A stretch of DNA of 64,000 nucleotides, taken from NCBI GenBank assembly GCA_040290255.1, contig PSMU01000001.1, forward strand, positions 96,001-160,000, given 5' to 3'. Shown here one piece after another: positions 41,062 through 50,642 of this stretch; within the stretch, counting starts at the first letter, position 1, and each line of letters starts with the position of its first letter. Both the position numbers and the translations under genes were made by a program. Origin of the DNA: Nitrososphaerota archaeon. GTDB taxonomy: Archaea > Thermoproteota > Nitrososphaeria > PSMU01. The notes beneath the pieces are model-generated. The model worked only from the letters and a program-made list of their open reading frames with translations. It searched no databases and was not told the DNA's origin.

Positions 41062-42228
41062 TCACTCGAAAAGCGCCTTCACTAAGGATGGCACAAGAGC
41101 GCTCAGGGCCTGCCCTGCTAATTCGAGGATCGAGGAGAGGCCCGCCATGCCGATAAACCTCCTTATTACGCGTGAGTGCTCGTCGAAACTCCCTAGCTCA
41201 AACTCCACATGCTCTATCCCTGCCCTTTTAGCCATTCCTATCAACGCTTCCAGTTGCTTGTTGCTCAGGTTCCGGTATACCTGTCGCATCAGGCTCATCA
41301 ACTTGAATTCCTTGCCGAACCTCTGAAGCCAAGCACGTTCATACTCTCTACCCGGTTCACACCCTTCCTTAAGGCTCATGCCTAGCGCCCTGCCTGCTAG
41401 CACGCCTCCCATTCCCGAGGTGAAGATCCCTCCCGCCGTTGTGGGTTTAGCCTGGCCCGCCGCATCACCAACGACGAGTTGATTCGGAGCTATGAAAAAG
41501 CTCTCAAGCGCTCCTCCTGTCACCAGCGGGGCAGCCACCCTCTTTACTACATTTGCATCAAGGCGTCTTACTAGCCTTTCAAAGGCGGGCGCAGGGCTGG
41601 CGCCTACACTCGCCGCTCCTATCCTCACCATGTTATCGCCAAGCGGTATGACCCATGAAAAGAAGCCAGGCGTCGCCTCCTGATCAATATAAACCAATAC
41701 CTCCTTATCGTCCAAGCCCCTTGCCCAAGCATCGCACTGAACGGCTCTAGCCACGTCACCCTTCTTTCTTCTAAGATAAGAATACGCGCCGCCGGCGTCC
41801 ACGACCCAAGTGGAAGATACAGCTCCACTTTGTGTCAGCACCTGACCCCCTCTAATCTCTAAGACGCGTCGACCTACTTCAAGGCGAGCTCCTGCCTCGC
41901 TTGCCTGCTCTGCTGCCCGTTTATCTAGGGCGCGCCTGCTAAGCACCAGCAGCCGCTGTCGACCGGCGTTTATGGTAAGCTTTGAGCCATTAGGGGAGAT
42001 TATCGTGCCTGTCTCTATCCTGTTTAAAACCTCGTCCTTAGGTATGATGCCCAGCTCAAGGAGGCCTTGGGCGCTTACCAATCCCCCGCACTTCTCAGGA
42101 GATCCGACCTCCAGATCTTCTTCTAACACCATAACATTAAGCCCCCTTAAAGCGCACTCACGCGCCGTCAAAAGTCCTGCGAGGCTCCCTCCAACAACTA
42201 CTACATCAAATTCAGCTTCCTCGTCCAC
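41062..42228 (-). CDS. Geranylgeranyl reductase-family flavoprotein
   Basis: DVVVVGG, CGG, FSWVIP, VGDAAGQ.KP.T.GGI. Confidence 0.88.
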   Translation of the reverse strand: MDEEAEFDVVVVGGSLAGLLTARECALRGLNVMVLEEDLEVGSPEKCGGLVSAQGLLELGIIPKDEVLNRIETGTIISPNGSKLTINAGRQRLLVLSRRALDKRAAEQASEAGARLEVGRRVLEIRGGQVLTQSGAVSSTWVVDAGGAYSYLRRKKGDVARAVQCDAWARGLDDKEVLVYIDQEATPGFFSWVIPLGDNMVRIGAASVGASPAPAFERLVRRLDANVVKRVAAPLVTGGALESFFIAPNQLVVGDAAGQAKPTTAGGIFTSGMGGVLAGRALGMSLKEGCEPGREYERAWLQRFGKEFKLMSLMRQVYRNLSNKQLEALIGMAKRAGIEHVEFELGSFDEHSRVIRRFIGMAGLSSILELAGQALSALVPSLVKALFE

Positions 42229-42275
42229 GTTCCTAGGTTCGAGAAGACATTATTAATGGTTTGTAAAATCTTCTT

Positions 42276-42644
42276 GTGAGCCGGGGCTTGGAGGAACTTA
42301 AGATGGCGATCGTTCTCAGAGCCGACATCAAAATGGGCAAGGGCAAGCTTGTGAGCCAGGCCTGTCATGCGGCCATAGAGGCCTATGAATCGGCCAGGGC
42401 AAAGAGCCCCGACCTCTGCGCTACCTGGCGGGAACAGGGAGCTAAGAAGATCGTGCTAAAGGTAGATTCTCTACAAGCGCTCTTGGAGTTGGCCGCGAGA
42501 GCTGCAGCCCGGGGTTTGCCACATGCCCTTATAGTTGATAGGGGCCTGACTCAAATCCCGCCCAATACTCCTACAGCCCTAGGAATAGGCCCGGCTCCAT
42601 CTTCGTTACTTGATCAGATAACCGGCTCACTTAAGCTCCTTTAA
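42276..42644 (+). CDS. pth2: Peptidyl-tRNA hydrolase Pth2
   Basis: MGKGKL..QACHA, KKIVLK, D.GLTQ, GIGP. Confidence 0.95.
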   Translation: MSRGLEELKMAIVLRADIKMGKGKLVSQACHAAIEAYESARAKSPDLCATWREQGAKKIVLKVDSLQALLELAARAAARGLPHALIVDRGLTQIPPNTPTALGIGPAPSSLLDQITGSLKLL

Positions 42645-43117
42645 TCCTCGCTCTTCAGGGAGGTGGCCCTTTTTCCTAATCTGTGCTTTAGCTCCCTATC
42701 AGAGAGTATCTGAGGCGCTCTTGGGTCAACGCAAATCAATTCGACGAAGACGTACCTTCCATCTTGAAATAGCTTATAACCACCCAAGGGGACTAGGTTA
42801 GGATATCTCTTCCGAGCCCTCTGCAAGGCCACCTCAACATAGTTCAGGCTCACCTTCCTTCTCTTTACGCCCAGCGCCTTCTGTCGCCTTCCGGCCCTCG
42901 GCCGCTGCCTTCTCATGGCCTTCCGGCCAACCCTTACCCGCAGTACTACCATACCCGGTTTATCCTTGTAACCTACTCTGCGGGCCCTATCGATTCTAAT
43001 CGGCTTGTCAAGACGCACGATAGCCGGCTCTCTCCTCCACTTTACCAGCCTACTCATGAGTAGGTGCCTCTTTTCTTTCCACAGCTCTTGCCATGTTTCG
43101 GTCATATAGCTATACAT
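42641..43117 (-). CDS. rpl15e: 50S ribosomal protein L15e
   Basis: WRRE, DRARRVGYK.K.G, RYPNL. Confidence 0.95.
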   Translation of the reverse strand: MYSYMTETWQELWKEKRHLLMSRLVKWRREPAIVRLDKPIRIDRARRVGYKDKPGMVVLRVRVGRKAMRRQRPRAGRRQKALGVKRRKVSLNYVEVALQRARKRYPNLVPLGGYKLFQDGRYVFVELICVDPRAPQILSDRELKHRLGKRATSLKSED

Positions 43118-43193
43118 AACCTCCTCCCAGCCCCCCTCCGCCTAGTATAAAAGTGCACGTTGATCCACACGGCTCTAGTTATCAGGCTCACTC

Positions 43194-44346
43194 TCACTTA
43201 TCCGCCTCGACAGGCCAATAATTTAGTGACCAGAAGGATACGGGAACGTCGGCAAGGCGATACCCTTCTATAACCTTCGGTATGGCCGGCAGGTTCCTAA
43301 AGGAGGGAGTCGAGATGCGCACTCTGTAAGGATGAGGACCTCCGTCGGAGATTATATGGTAGGACATGCAGCCTCGGGCGGCCTCGGTTCTGGCGTAGGC
43401 TTCCCCCACCCTGCCTCGTAACTGCCCTCTTAGGGGCAGCCTGACAGGGCCCGGCCTCATCTTCCTGATCGCCTGTTTGATGATCTTTAGGGACTCCAAC
43501 ATCTCGTAGAAGCATACCCAACAGCGCGCCCATGAATCCCCCTCCTGCATAACTGGAACCGAAAACTCGAAGGTATCATAGAGCGAGTAGGGCTCGTCTA
43601 TCCTTACATCCGATTTAACGCCGGAGGCCCTAAGGGTTGGGCCTACGCATCCTAGGGCTATGGCATCCGCCTTGCTCAGGAAGCCCACGTCCATAGTCCT
43701 TTTTTCGAAAACAGGGTTTTCAAAGTAGATTTTCTTGTACTCTTGGAGCCTGCCCTCGAAGTACTCGCAGACTTTAAGCACCTTATCTTCCCAGCTGGGA
43801 GGCACATCACACCTTACCCCACCAGGCACATAGTAGGCAAAGGTAACCCTAGCGCCTGAGGCCATGGCAGCCAAGTCGATAAAGTACTCGCGATCCCCGG
43901 TTGCCCACATGAACATCGTGCTGTGACCCGTAAATATGCCCTGTATGGCAAGCCAGTACAAGTGGCTGATAATCCTGTTAAATTCCGCCATTATCACGCG
44001 CAGGTATTGCGCGCGTTCCGGCACCTTCTCGCTCAACCCTAGCAATTCTTCTACCGCCAGCACATAAGGAAACAATATGCCACATGAGTCTAAGATTACA
44101 GGCCGTTCAAGGTGAGGTATATTCTGAATATAGGTCCTATACTCGCACATTTTCTCCTCGCCCCGGTGGACGTACCCTGGGTCGGGGATACACTTGATGA
44201 CGATATCGCCATCTAAGGTCACTATTAGCCTAAAGTGCCCACTTCCCGGATGTTCCCCCCTACTAGGTCTGGGGACCTATTGAGACAGTGAGCACGTTAT
44301 CTGCTACTCGCTCCTCTGTGTAGACATGTTTGAGTGCCGACTCCAA
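43194..44346 (-). CDS. nuoD: NADH-quinone oxidoreductase subunit D, complement(join(43194..44252,44269..44346)), about 378 aa, BHB intron (TTG start; GTG at 44355 possible)
   Basis: Spliced ...TVSIGPQHPGSGHFRLIVTLDGD...PGYVHRGEEK...EAARG..; no NiFe CxxC motifs. Confidence 0.9.
44253..44268 (-). other. 16-nt BHB mRNA intron in nuoD
   Basis: GGT CCCC AG^A CCT AGT AGG GGGG AA^C ATC; removal gives CCC CAG|CAT CCG. Confidence 0.87.
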
Positions 44347-44468
44347 GAGGACCACCGCATCACGCTTAAGGCTACGAGCTTTTAAACCTGCCCCTGCCGT
44401 TCTTGCGGCCCAGCTATTAGGCGAGAAAAAGCCTTTTTACCAAGCGAAGCCTTGGCCTGGATAACAGC

Positions 44469-45503
44469 TTGCAAGCACTGGAATCGCTCGAGGCCCTCTT
44501 CTACGAGGATCTCGGATTACTTGAGGCTAGGATTCAAGAACTTGCTTCAAGGCTCCACTTTCCCTCCTACATGCTGTACATGACTCGAGGGGGCAAGCGA
44601 TTGAGGCCGCTAATCGCCTTAGCCGTTTGTAAGAGCTTAGGCGGTTCAGCTATGGGGGCCGTGGACTATGCTGCTGCGATAGAACTGGTTCATTCCGCCG
44701 TCTTAGTACATGACGATATACTTGACAGGCATAACATGAGGCGAGGTAAGAAACCGCTCTATAGGCTCTTGGACCCCCGCCGCTCTCTTCTGTTGAGCGA
44801 TATGCTTCTGAGCTCAGCCCTCAAGCTTACCAGCTCCGCTGACGGCAGCAAAGATACGCTCAGCGATACTGTGTATACGCTCTGTAGGGGCGTGGCCATG
44901 GAGCCGCTTAACCCCCTCCGCTTTCTTAGGAGGAGCCTTAACTTAGGCATCTTGCCTACATTCTATGAGTTAATAGCCCGGCTTAAGACGGGGGAGCTCT
45001 TCGGTGCGGCGGCTAAGATGGGAGCGATTGCCGCTGGAGCACCAGCCAAGACCATAGCTGCAGCGTATCAATATGGCGTTGAGGTTGGCACGGCCTATCA
45101 GCTCGCTGATGACCTGGTCGATTTCATATCATGGTCCAAATACGGCTCGATACCAGACCTAGGTTCTTTGCTGACGGTCACTTTATTCATTCCTTACGCC
45201 TCCACTAGCTATGAAATGAGCAGATATTTGCTGAGCCGCGTCCTTCATTCTTATGTGCTGTTCCGGCTACTAACACCGATAAGGCTTGGAAAAGCCCTAG
45301 TGGCGTTGACGCCTCCGAGGGGCATAGTTCAGAGCTTGGTCAGATCCGCGCTTAATAAGATTCGCTCGTACTGCTCCTCAGCTAAGAGGGCCTTGGCTTC
45401 CTTCCCTGACAACAAATACAGCTGGTTACTGCTTCAGCTCCCAAATTATGTGGTTAACAGGCAGCTAGCTGAAGTTGGTCTTTCGCTGGAAGAGACAACA
45501 TGA
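44469..45503 (+). CDS. Polyprenyl diphosphate synthase
   Basis: GGKRLRP, VHDDILD...RRG, KTGELF, YQLADDLVD. Confidence 0.9.
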   Translation: MQALESLEALFYEDLGLLEARIQELASRLHFPSYMLYMTRGGKRLRPLIALAVCKSLGGSAMGAVDYAAAIELVHSAVLVHDDILDRHNMRRGKKPLYRLLDPRRSLLLSDMLLSSALKLTSSADGSKDTLSDTVYTLCRGVAMEPLNPLRFLRRSLNLGILPTFYELIARLKTGELFGAAAKMGAIAAGAPAKTIAAAYQYGVEVGTAYQLADDLVDFISWSKYGSIPDLGSLLTVTLFIPYASTSYEMSRYLLSRVLHSYVLFRLLTPIRLGKALVALTPPRGIVQSLVRSALNKIRSYCSSAKRALASFPDNKYSWLLLQLPNYVVNRQLAEVGLSLEETT

Positions 45504-45555
45504 TAAGACTCTTTTAAGTTTGCCTGCAGGAGACTGAACGCTTTTACCTATTCTC

Positions 45556-46080
45556 TTATGCTATCGTAGCATACCTTCCTAGATTGCCTACGCTGCCAAG
45601 ATAAAGCGCCGGCTTATAATGGGCGTAATCCCAATAATCGCCGAAGGCCTCCTGTGCCTCGGCGCGGATAGCTCTCCCTATTACTAGCACGTGATCTCCC
45701 ATTCTATGGCTGCTCCGCAACCTCGCTAGCACTAAGGCGGCTGCCTGCTCCAGATACGGTATGCCCTTCCAGGACTGACAGGTAAGCGTCATGCGCGCTA
45801 GCTTCTCCACACCCCTCGCTATAGTGAAGCCAGCCACGTCAAGCGCGCGCACGTGCATGAAGTCAAGCCAGTTTAGAGAAAAGCCCTTATGCCTTAAGAT
45901 AGCGCTAAGGGTTCTCGACCCTTTCAGCAGGGCCAGCGCTACATATGGAGGCTTCTGTGCAACAGGCATGGCCGAGCTTACGGCCGCCATAGCAAGGCCT
46001 TCGCCCTCGCCAGCCATAACTATGACAGGCACAACGGGGTAAAAGAGCCTATGAAGGCGCGTGGGGCCTACCTCCTTCAT
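45556..46080 (-). CDS. Flavin reductase-like protein
   Basis: RLFYP.VP, GDHVLVIG. Confidence 0.8.
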   Translation of the reverse strand: MKEVGPTRLHRLFYPVVPVIVMAGEGEGLAMAAVSSAMPVAQKPPYVALALLKGSRTLSAILRHKGFSLNWLDFMHVRALDVAGFTIARGVEKLARMTLTCQSWKGIPYLEQAAALVLARLRSSHRMGDHVLVIGRAIRAEAQEAFGDYWDYAHYKPALYLGSVGNLGRYATIA

Positions 46081-46117
46081 ATACTTATATGAAGCATACC
46101 TTTATAAAAGGAGTGGG

Positions 46118-46936
46118 TTGGCGGCCGAGATCACATACGTCAAGGTAGTAGGTGATAAGAGAAGGTCAGAGTTAAAGCGTGAAGCGGAGCGCCTACTACG
46201 GGAGCTGGGCTTTAAGCTGGACGGCAATCCTCAACTTATAATCGTCCTAGGAGGCGATGGCCTCTTCAGCTACTGCGCAAGGCTATACGACCGCCCCCTG
46301 CTGTTCGTAGGGCTTAAAGGCAAAGAGCCCGCCGCCTCCAGAGCCTTCTTGGCTCAGATCGATTATTATGCGTTAGAGGGGGCCCTCAAGCAGATAAAAC
46401 AGGGAAGCTATGAGCTCGTTTCCTACCCTAGGCTCGCCGCCTCGTTAAATGGCACGCTAAAGGGAACGTCGCTGACAGACGTCTACCTTGAAAGGGGGGC
46501 AGAGGCGGGATGCCTTCGCCTTCAGGTCGAAGTCGAGGGGCCACGAAGTTTCACCGAATTCGCCATCGCTAACGGCATCATAGTAACGACTCCTTTGGGA
46601 GCCTCAGGCTACTACTCATATGTAGACAAGATAAAAGGCGATCTCCTAAACGTGGACGCCGTTACCACCTTAGCTCCCAACGACCTTGGAGTTTGCTATA
46701 TCTTGCCCACTTATACGCTGAGAAGAGGATCTGATTTACATCCCCTGCGCTACTCGATAGCTAATACGTCTAAAGTTTCCGTGCGCCTCCTCAGAGAAGG
46801 CGATGCGAGGCTCTATGGCGTGGGCAAGGCGCTAAGGGGCTACCGAGTACGGCTGGGGGACGTGGTGAGCATCTCACTTCACGATAAGCCCGCGAAGCTA
46901 ATTAAGCTCCAGCTGAACTCAAGCAGGCGACCCTGA
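46118..46936 (+). CDS. NAD kinase-family protein
   Basis: LGGDG, NGIIVTTPLGASGY. Confidence 0.8.
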   Translation: MAAEITYVKVVGDKRRSELKREAERLLRELGFKLDGNPQLIIVLGGDGLFSYCARLYDRPLLFVGLKGKEPAASRAFLAQIDYYALEGALKQIKQGSYELVSYPRLAASLNGTLKGTSLTDVYLERGAEAGCLRLQVEVEGPRSFTEFAIANGIIVTTPLGASGYYSYVDKIKGDLLNVDAVTTLAPNDLGVCYILPTYTLRRGSDLHPLRYSIANTSKVSVRLLREGDARLYGVGKALRGYRVRLGDVVSISLHDKPAKLIKLQLNSSRRP

Positions 46937-46984
46937 GTAATAAAATATATTAGCGGCCGCGAACTACCTAGCCCCTGAACCGCA

Positions 46985-47506
46985 TTGGACCAACATGAAG
47001 AGGGCCTTAACGCTAAAGTAAGAGCGCTGAGCAACGAGGCCTCCTGGTTTAAGGAGCTTTCCGAAAAATTGGAATACTTTTTAGATACAGAGGAAGGCAG
47101 GAGAGAGCTGCTGGCCAGGGCGGAGGCGAGGGCCAAGAGCTACGCGCTTCTGGCTGAAGAGGAGGAAAGAAGGGGGAATAAGAGGGAAATAATCTGGCTC
47201 TCCTATTACTGCCTGCACTGCAAGAATTTTACGCGCTTGAGCTCACAGCGCATGCGCTGTGAGAAGTTCCAAGTTCGGCTAGTGAAGCCCTTCTACGGAA
47301 AGGCCATCTGGTCCGTGGTAGCCGCCGAAGGAGGGGGATATGAGAGCGTGGTAAGCGAGATAGACTGGGACAAAAAGGTAGACGGCGCTAATGAGCTTAT
47401 GGCGAACCAAGCTATGAGGCTAATCAATAATGGCCTCCCTTATCCTTGTTACAGCTCGAGGCTGAACTTTAGGGAGGTACGGCCACTGCTTAAGAGGCCT
47501 CGCTAG
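46985..47506 (+). CDS. Hypothetical Cys-containing protein
   Basis: 173-aa ORF with CLHC...C...PC. Confidence 0.6.
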   Translation: MDQHEEGLNAKVRALSNEASWFKELSEKLEYFLDTEEGRRELLARAEARAKSYALLAEEEERRGNKREIIWLSYYCLHCKNFTRLSSQRMRCEKFQVRLVKPFYGKAIWSVVAAEGGGYESVVSEIDWDKKVDGANELMANQAMRLINNGLPYPCYSSRLNFREVRPLLKRPR

Positions 47507-47588
47507 CTTATTGGCCAAGTGGGATATCTCAAGGTAGTAATACTTATAACGCTAGACCTAGCTCCCGCTCAGATTAGGCAAGAAGGAG

Positions 47589-47915
47589 ATGTCCCAGCAG
47601 ACACGCATGGCGCGGATAAAGCTCTCCAGCCCGAGCCTAGAGGATATAGAGAAACTCTGCCAGCAGATCAGGGAGATCGCCCAGCGGACCGGCGTAAAAA
47701 TGAAAGGTCCGATACCATTGCCCACGAGGAGATTAAGGGTCGTGACACGTAAGGCTCCTTCGGGTCAGGGCACGCACACCTTTGATAAGTGGGAGATGAG
47801 GGTCCATCGGCGCATCATAGAAATCGATCCCAGCGATAGGGTCATACGGCAGCTGATACTCTTGAAGCCACCGGAAGCCGTCTACATGGAGGTAAAGCTA
47901 CCCCGTTATTCCTAA
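47589..47915 (+). CDS. rpsJ: 30S ribosomal protein S10
   Basis: GPIPLPT, RKAPSGQG, WEMRVHRR. Confidence 0.96.
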   Translation: MSQQTRMARIKLSSPSLEDIEKLCQQIREIAQRTGVKMKGPIPLPTRRLRVVTRKAPSGQGTHTFDKWEMRVHRRIIEIDPSDRVIRQLILLKPPEAVYMEVKLPRYS

Positions 47916-48797
47916 GCTCTTAATCCACGCGATCGTTCTGTTAAGCCCCTCCTTTAGATCTACCACTGGCCGATAACCCAATTCGTGCTTGGCCTTTTCA
48001 ATAGAGGGATAACTGACCATGGTCTCCTCCAAGGGATGTCTTGGCGGCAGCTCTAGGATCCTCGATGAGGAGCTCGTCAGCCTTACTATTTCTTGCGCTA
48101 ACTGTTTTATTGAAATCGGGGTCCCTGTACCTACGTTGTATACGCGGAGAGAAGAGCTGGGCCTTTCGAGCACCAGCTCGACGATCCTGCAGTAGTTAGC
48201 GATATAAGTGAAATCACTCACATCGCGCCCGCTATTGTAAAGCTCTAGGGGCTCGCCGCGCAGAGCACGAATTATGAACCTGCAGACCGCGCTGCCTAAG
48301 CTATCCCATTCTCCGAAGAGCTTCCAACTCCTCAGTATGGTCACCGGCAGTCCCTTGGCCCTTGCATACGCTTCAAGGATTTGCTCCCCAATACACTTAG
48401 AGTAGTCATAAGGCGTCCTTGGGGCCCTAGGAGCTGTTTCATCGACAGGAACGGAGCTAGGATTGCCATAGACATTAGCGGTTGAGGCGTATATGAGCTG
48501 AGTAACCTTCTTTCTGATCGCTAATTCAGCCACATTTAGCGTTCCTACCGCATTAACTTTGATCGTCTCGTAAGGCTTCTCTATGCTCTGCGGTATATTG
48601 GTCAGGGCTGCTAGGTGTATGATTGCGTCAAAGCTGAGCTCGCCCAAGCGGGTGAATACGAAGTCAGCGTCAGTAACATCTCCCTCTACTTCGGCCTCCT
48701 TTAAATCCAGCGCTATCAACTCGTAGCCCCTTTGGGCCAAATGCGCCATTAAATTGCGGCCCACAAAGCCAGATGCGCCCGTGATGAGGACCCTCAT
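47898..48797 (-). CDS. NAD-dependent epimerase/dehydratase
   Basis: ITGASGFVG, HLAA, YDYSK. Confidence 0.9.
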   Translation of the reverse strand: MRVLITGASGFVGRNLMAHLAQRGYELIALDLKEAEVEGDVTDADFVFTRLGELSFDAIIHLAALTNIPQSIEKPYETIKVNAVGTLNVAELAIRKKVTQLIYASTANVYGNPSSVPVDETAPRAPRTPYDYSKCIGEQILEAYARAKGLPVTILRSWKLFGEWDSLGSAVCRFIIRALRGEPLELYNSGRDVSDFTYIANYCRIVELVLERPSSSLRVYNVGTGTPISIKQLAQEIVRLTSSSSRILELPPRHPLEETMVSYPSIEKAKHELGYRPVVDLKEGLNRTIAWIKSLGITG

Positions 48798-48880
48798 TGC
48801 CTCCTTGACCGCGCGGCGGGTCTAATAAAATGTAATGATGCCTTCAAAAAGGTTTTAGGCCTTAGCGGTTCTGCTCCCTT

Positions 48881-48953
48881 GCCCCGGTAGCTCAGTCGGA
48901 AGAGCATCCGCCTCGTAAGCGGAGGGTCGCGGGTTCAAATCCCGCCCGGGGCT
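48881..48953 (+). tRNA. tRNA-Thr(CGT)
   Basis: GCCCCGG...TCCGC CT CGT AA GCGGA...CCGGGGC T. Confidence 0.95.
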
Positions 48954-48958
48954 CTGAT

Positions 48959-50173
48959 TCATCCTGCAGCAAGATCAACTCGCATGTATTTACTCACCAA
49001 CTCCTCGAACTTGGCAATGAACCCCAGCTCGGCCCCCGTGGGGATTATCCATGACGCCGCAACCGAGTATCCATCTCCAAACCCTCCTAGCGCCTCACAC
49101 GCCTCAGCTATTAGGGACGATAACGGTGGATAGCGCCCTTCACGAACCTGTCTTTCCAGTTTAATGCCGGTCCTAGCAGATAGCCTCGTATAGTCCACGC
49201 TCAGCTCTCCCAATCCCGGTACATGCCTGGGGATATTCATGAAGCCCACTAGGTACTTGTTTGGGTTGACGAAACCTTGGTGCCGCAGGTATGAGCAGAA
49301 GCTTCCGAGCACCTTGCCACTCATCTCGTTAAAAAGATCGCCCGTGTTAAACCATTGGACCCAGGTCCCTCGCTGCAGCTTTCCCCTTCGTAGCTCGTAC
49401 AAGAGCTTTCTATTGAGATCACGGCGCTCTTCCTCTAACTGTTCCGCCTGCTTCCTGATCGATTCCGGAAAGCCGCTTAAACAAAATTCCACTGCCAGTT
49501 CGGGCCACCCCTATAATATCCTACTGACGCAAGCACGGAGATGAGTGTGCTAGCCCGCGAAACGGCCATGCTCCTTTTATCAATCATGATGGAGGACGTC
49601 TCAACACTATAGAGACCGCTTTGAACAGCCTCTTCTACCGCTATTGAGTTGAAGCCCCTGTAGCTTCCTCCCAGTTCAAAGGCACCTATCAGCGCGAGAT
49701 GTGCGTATTTTTCACATCCCGACTCATCTTTAACCCAAATAGGTATGCAATGGTGGAAGCTGACGCGTCCGCTTCTCCGCTATAGCCTACCAGCTCGGGA
49801 TTTACATTTACAAGGCCCTCATCCTACATATGCAGGGGATCGTGGCGATCAAGAATTATCGCGGGCTTAGCCCGGCGCGCTTTACTTATCTTGGGGCATG
49901 AGCGGAGCCCAGGTCAGTAAATATAACGATATCCTCGCCCGAAGAGTATGTTACGGGGAGAAGCTCTGGAAACAGCTTGTCCAGACACGCCCTTCCCACC
50001 CGAAGGCCGGCGCTCTCCAGGGCTATTGAAGTTAGCGCAGCAAAGCAGACGCCATCTATCTCATCGTCATGTATTATTAGTGCGGACCTGGCTCCTCGGG
50101 CCAATTCCTCCGCTTCCTTTAAAAGCTCCTCCAGTCCCCCCCTAGCACGGAAAGCTAAGAACCAGCCCTTCAC
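48959..50173 (-). pseudogene. DHH/RecJ-like phosphoesterase pseudogene
   Basis: HDDEIDG, FTDLGS, ILDRHD (DHH altered), VNP.L.G..G...SAS across frameshifts at about 49890, 49712 and 49500, plus in-frame TAG at 49824-49826. Confidence 0.82.
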
Positions 50174-50176
50174 TAA

Positions 50177-50623
50177 TTAAGCCTTTTCAGCCTCTTCCTT
50201 TATCTTGGTCAAAATAGTTTGAATGACCTTATCGGCCTGAGCCCTAATCAGCCTCTCACCGGGGCCAGTTAAAAGGCCGCTTATATCGGCCTCCGCGTTC
50301 CATTTCATCCGCGTCATCTCTCCCTGCTCAGAAAGGGAGAAGGCGGCCTGGATCTTAACGGTGCTTCCTAAGCCCTTTCCTTCGGTCACCAAGGTAGCAG
50401 CCTCAGGCTCCTTCTTATCCACGATTTTCCCCCTCACATCCAAGCTCCCTTTGATGAAGGCCACTCCCACCTTCACCTTGGCCTCGAACTCATCCTCACT
50501 TATCTGTCGAAGCTGCTCTACATCGGGAAGGGCACTTCCTATGAGCTTTGGATCGACCAAGATCTTATACACTCTCTGCGCAGATGCCTTCACGTCAAGT
50601 TGCCCTTGGAAGGCTATCTTCAC
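50177..50623 (-). CDS. CoxG/SRPBCC family protein
   Basis: DPKLIGSALP, KVKVGV..IKG, W.AEA...G. Confidence 0.85.
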   Translation of the reverse strand: MKIAFQGQLDVKASAQRVYKILVDPKLIGSALPDVEQLRQISEDEFEAKVKVGVAFIKGSLDVRGKIVDKKEPEAATLVTEGKGLGSTVKIQAAFSLSEQGEMTRMKWNAEADISGLLTGPGERLIRAQADKVIQTILTKIKEEAEKA

Positions 50624-50642
50624 GTCAATCCCCTGAGTCCCC

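Noticed and set aside
43194-44222. NiFe-hydrogenase large subunit
   Set aside because: No N- or C-terminal CxxC Ni ligands; the motifs fit NuoD.
45499-45540. Possible C/D box sRNA (ATGATAA...CTGA)
   Set aside because: Imperfect C box, no clear D'/C' boxes, and no rRNA/tRNA complement found by eye.
49490-49900. Frameshifts in the DHH gene as further introns
   Set aside because: Single-base losses and a nonsense codon with no inserted sequence or BHB.
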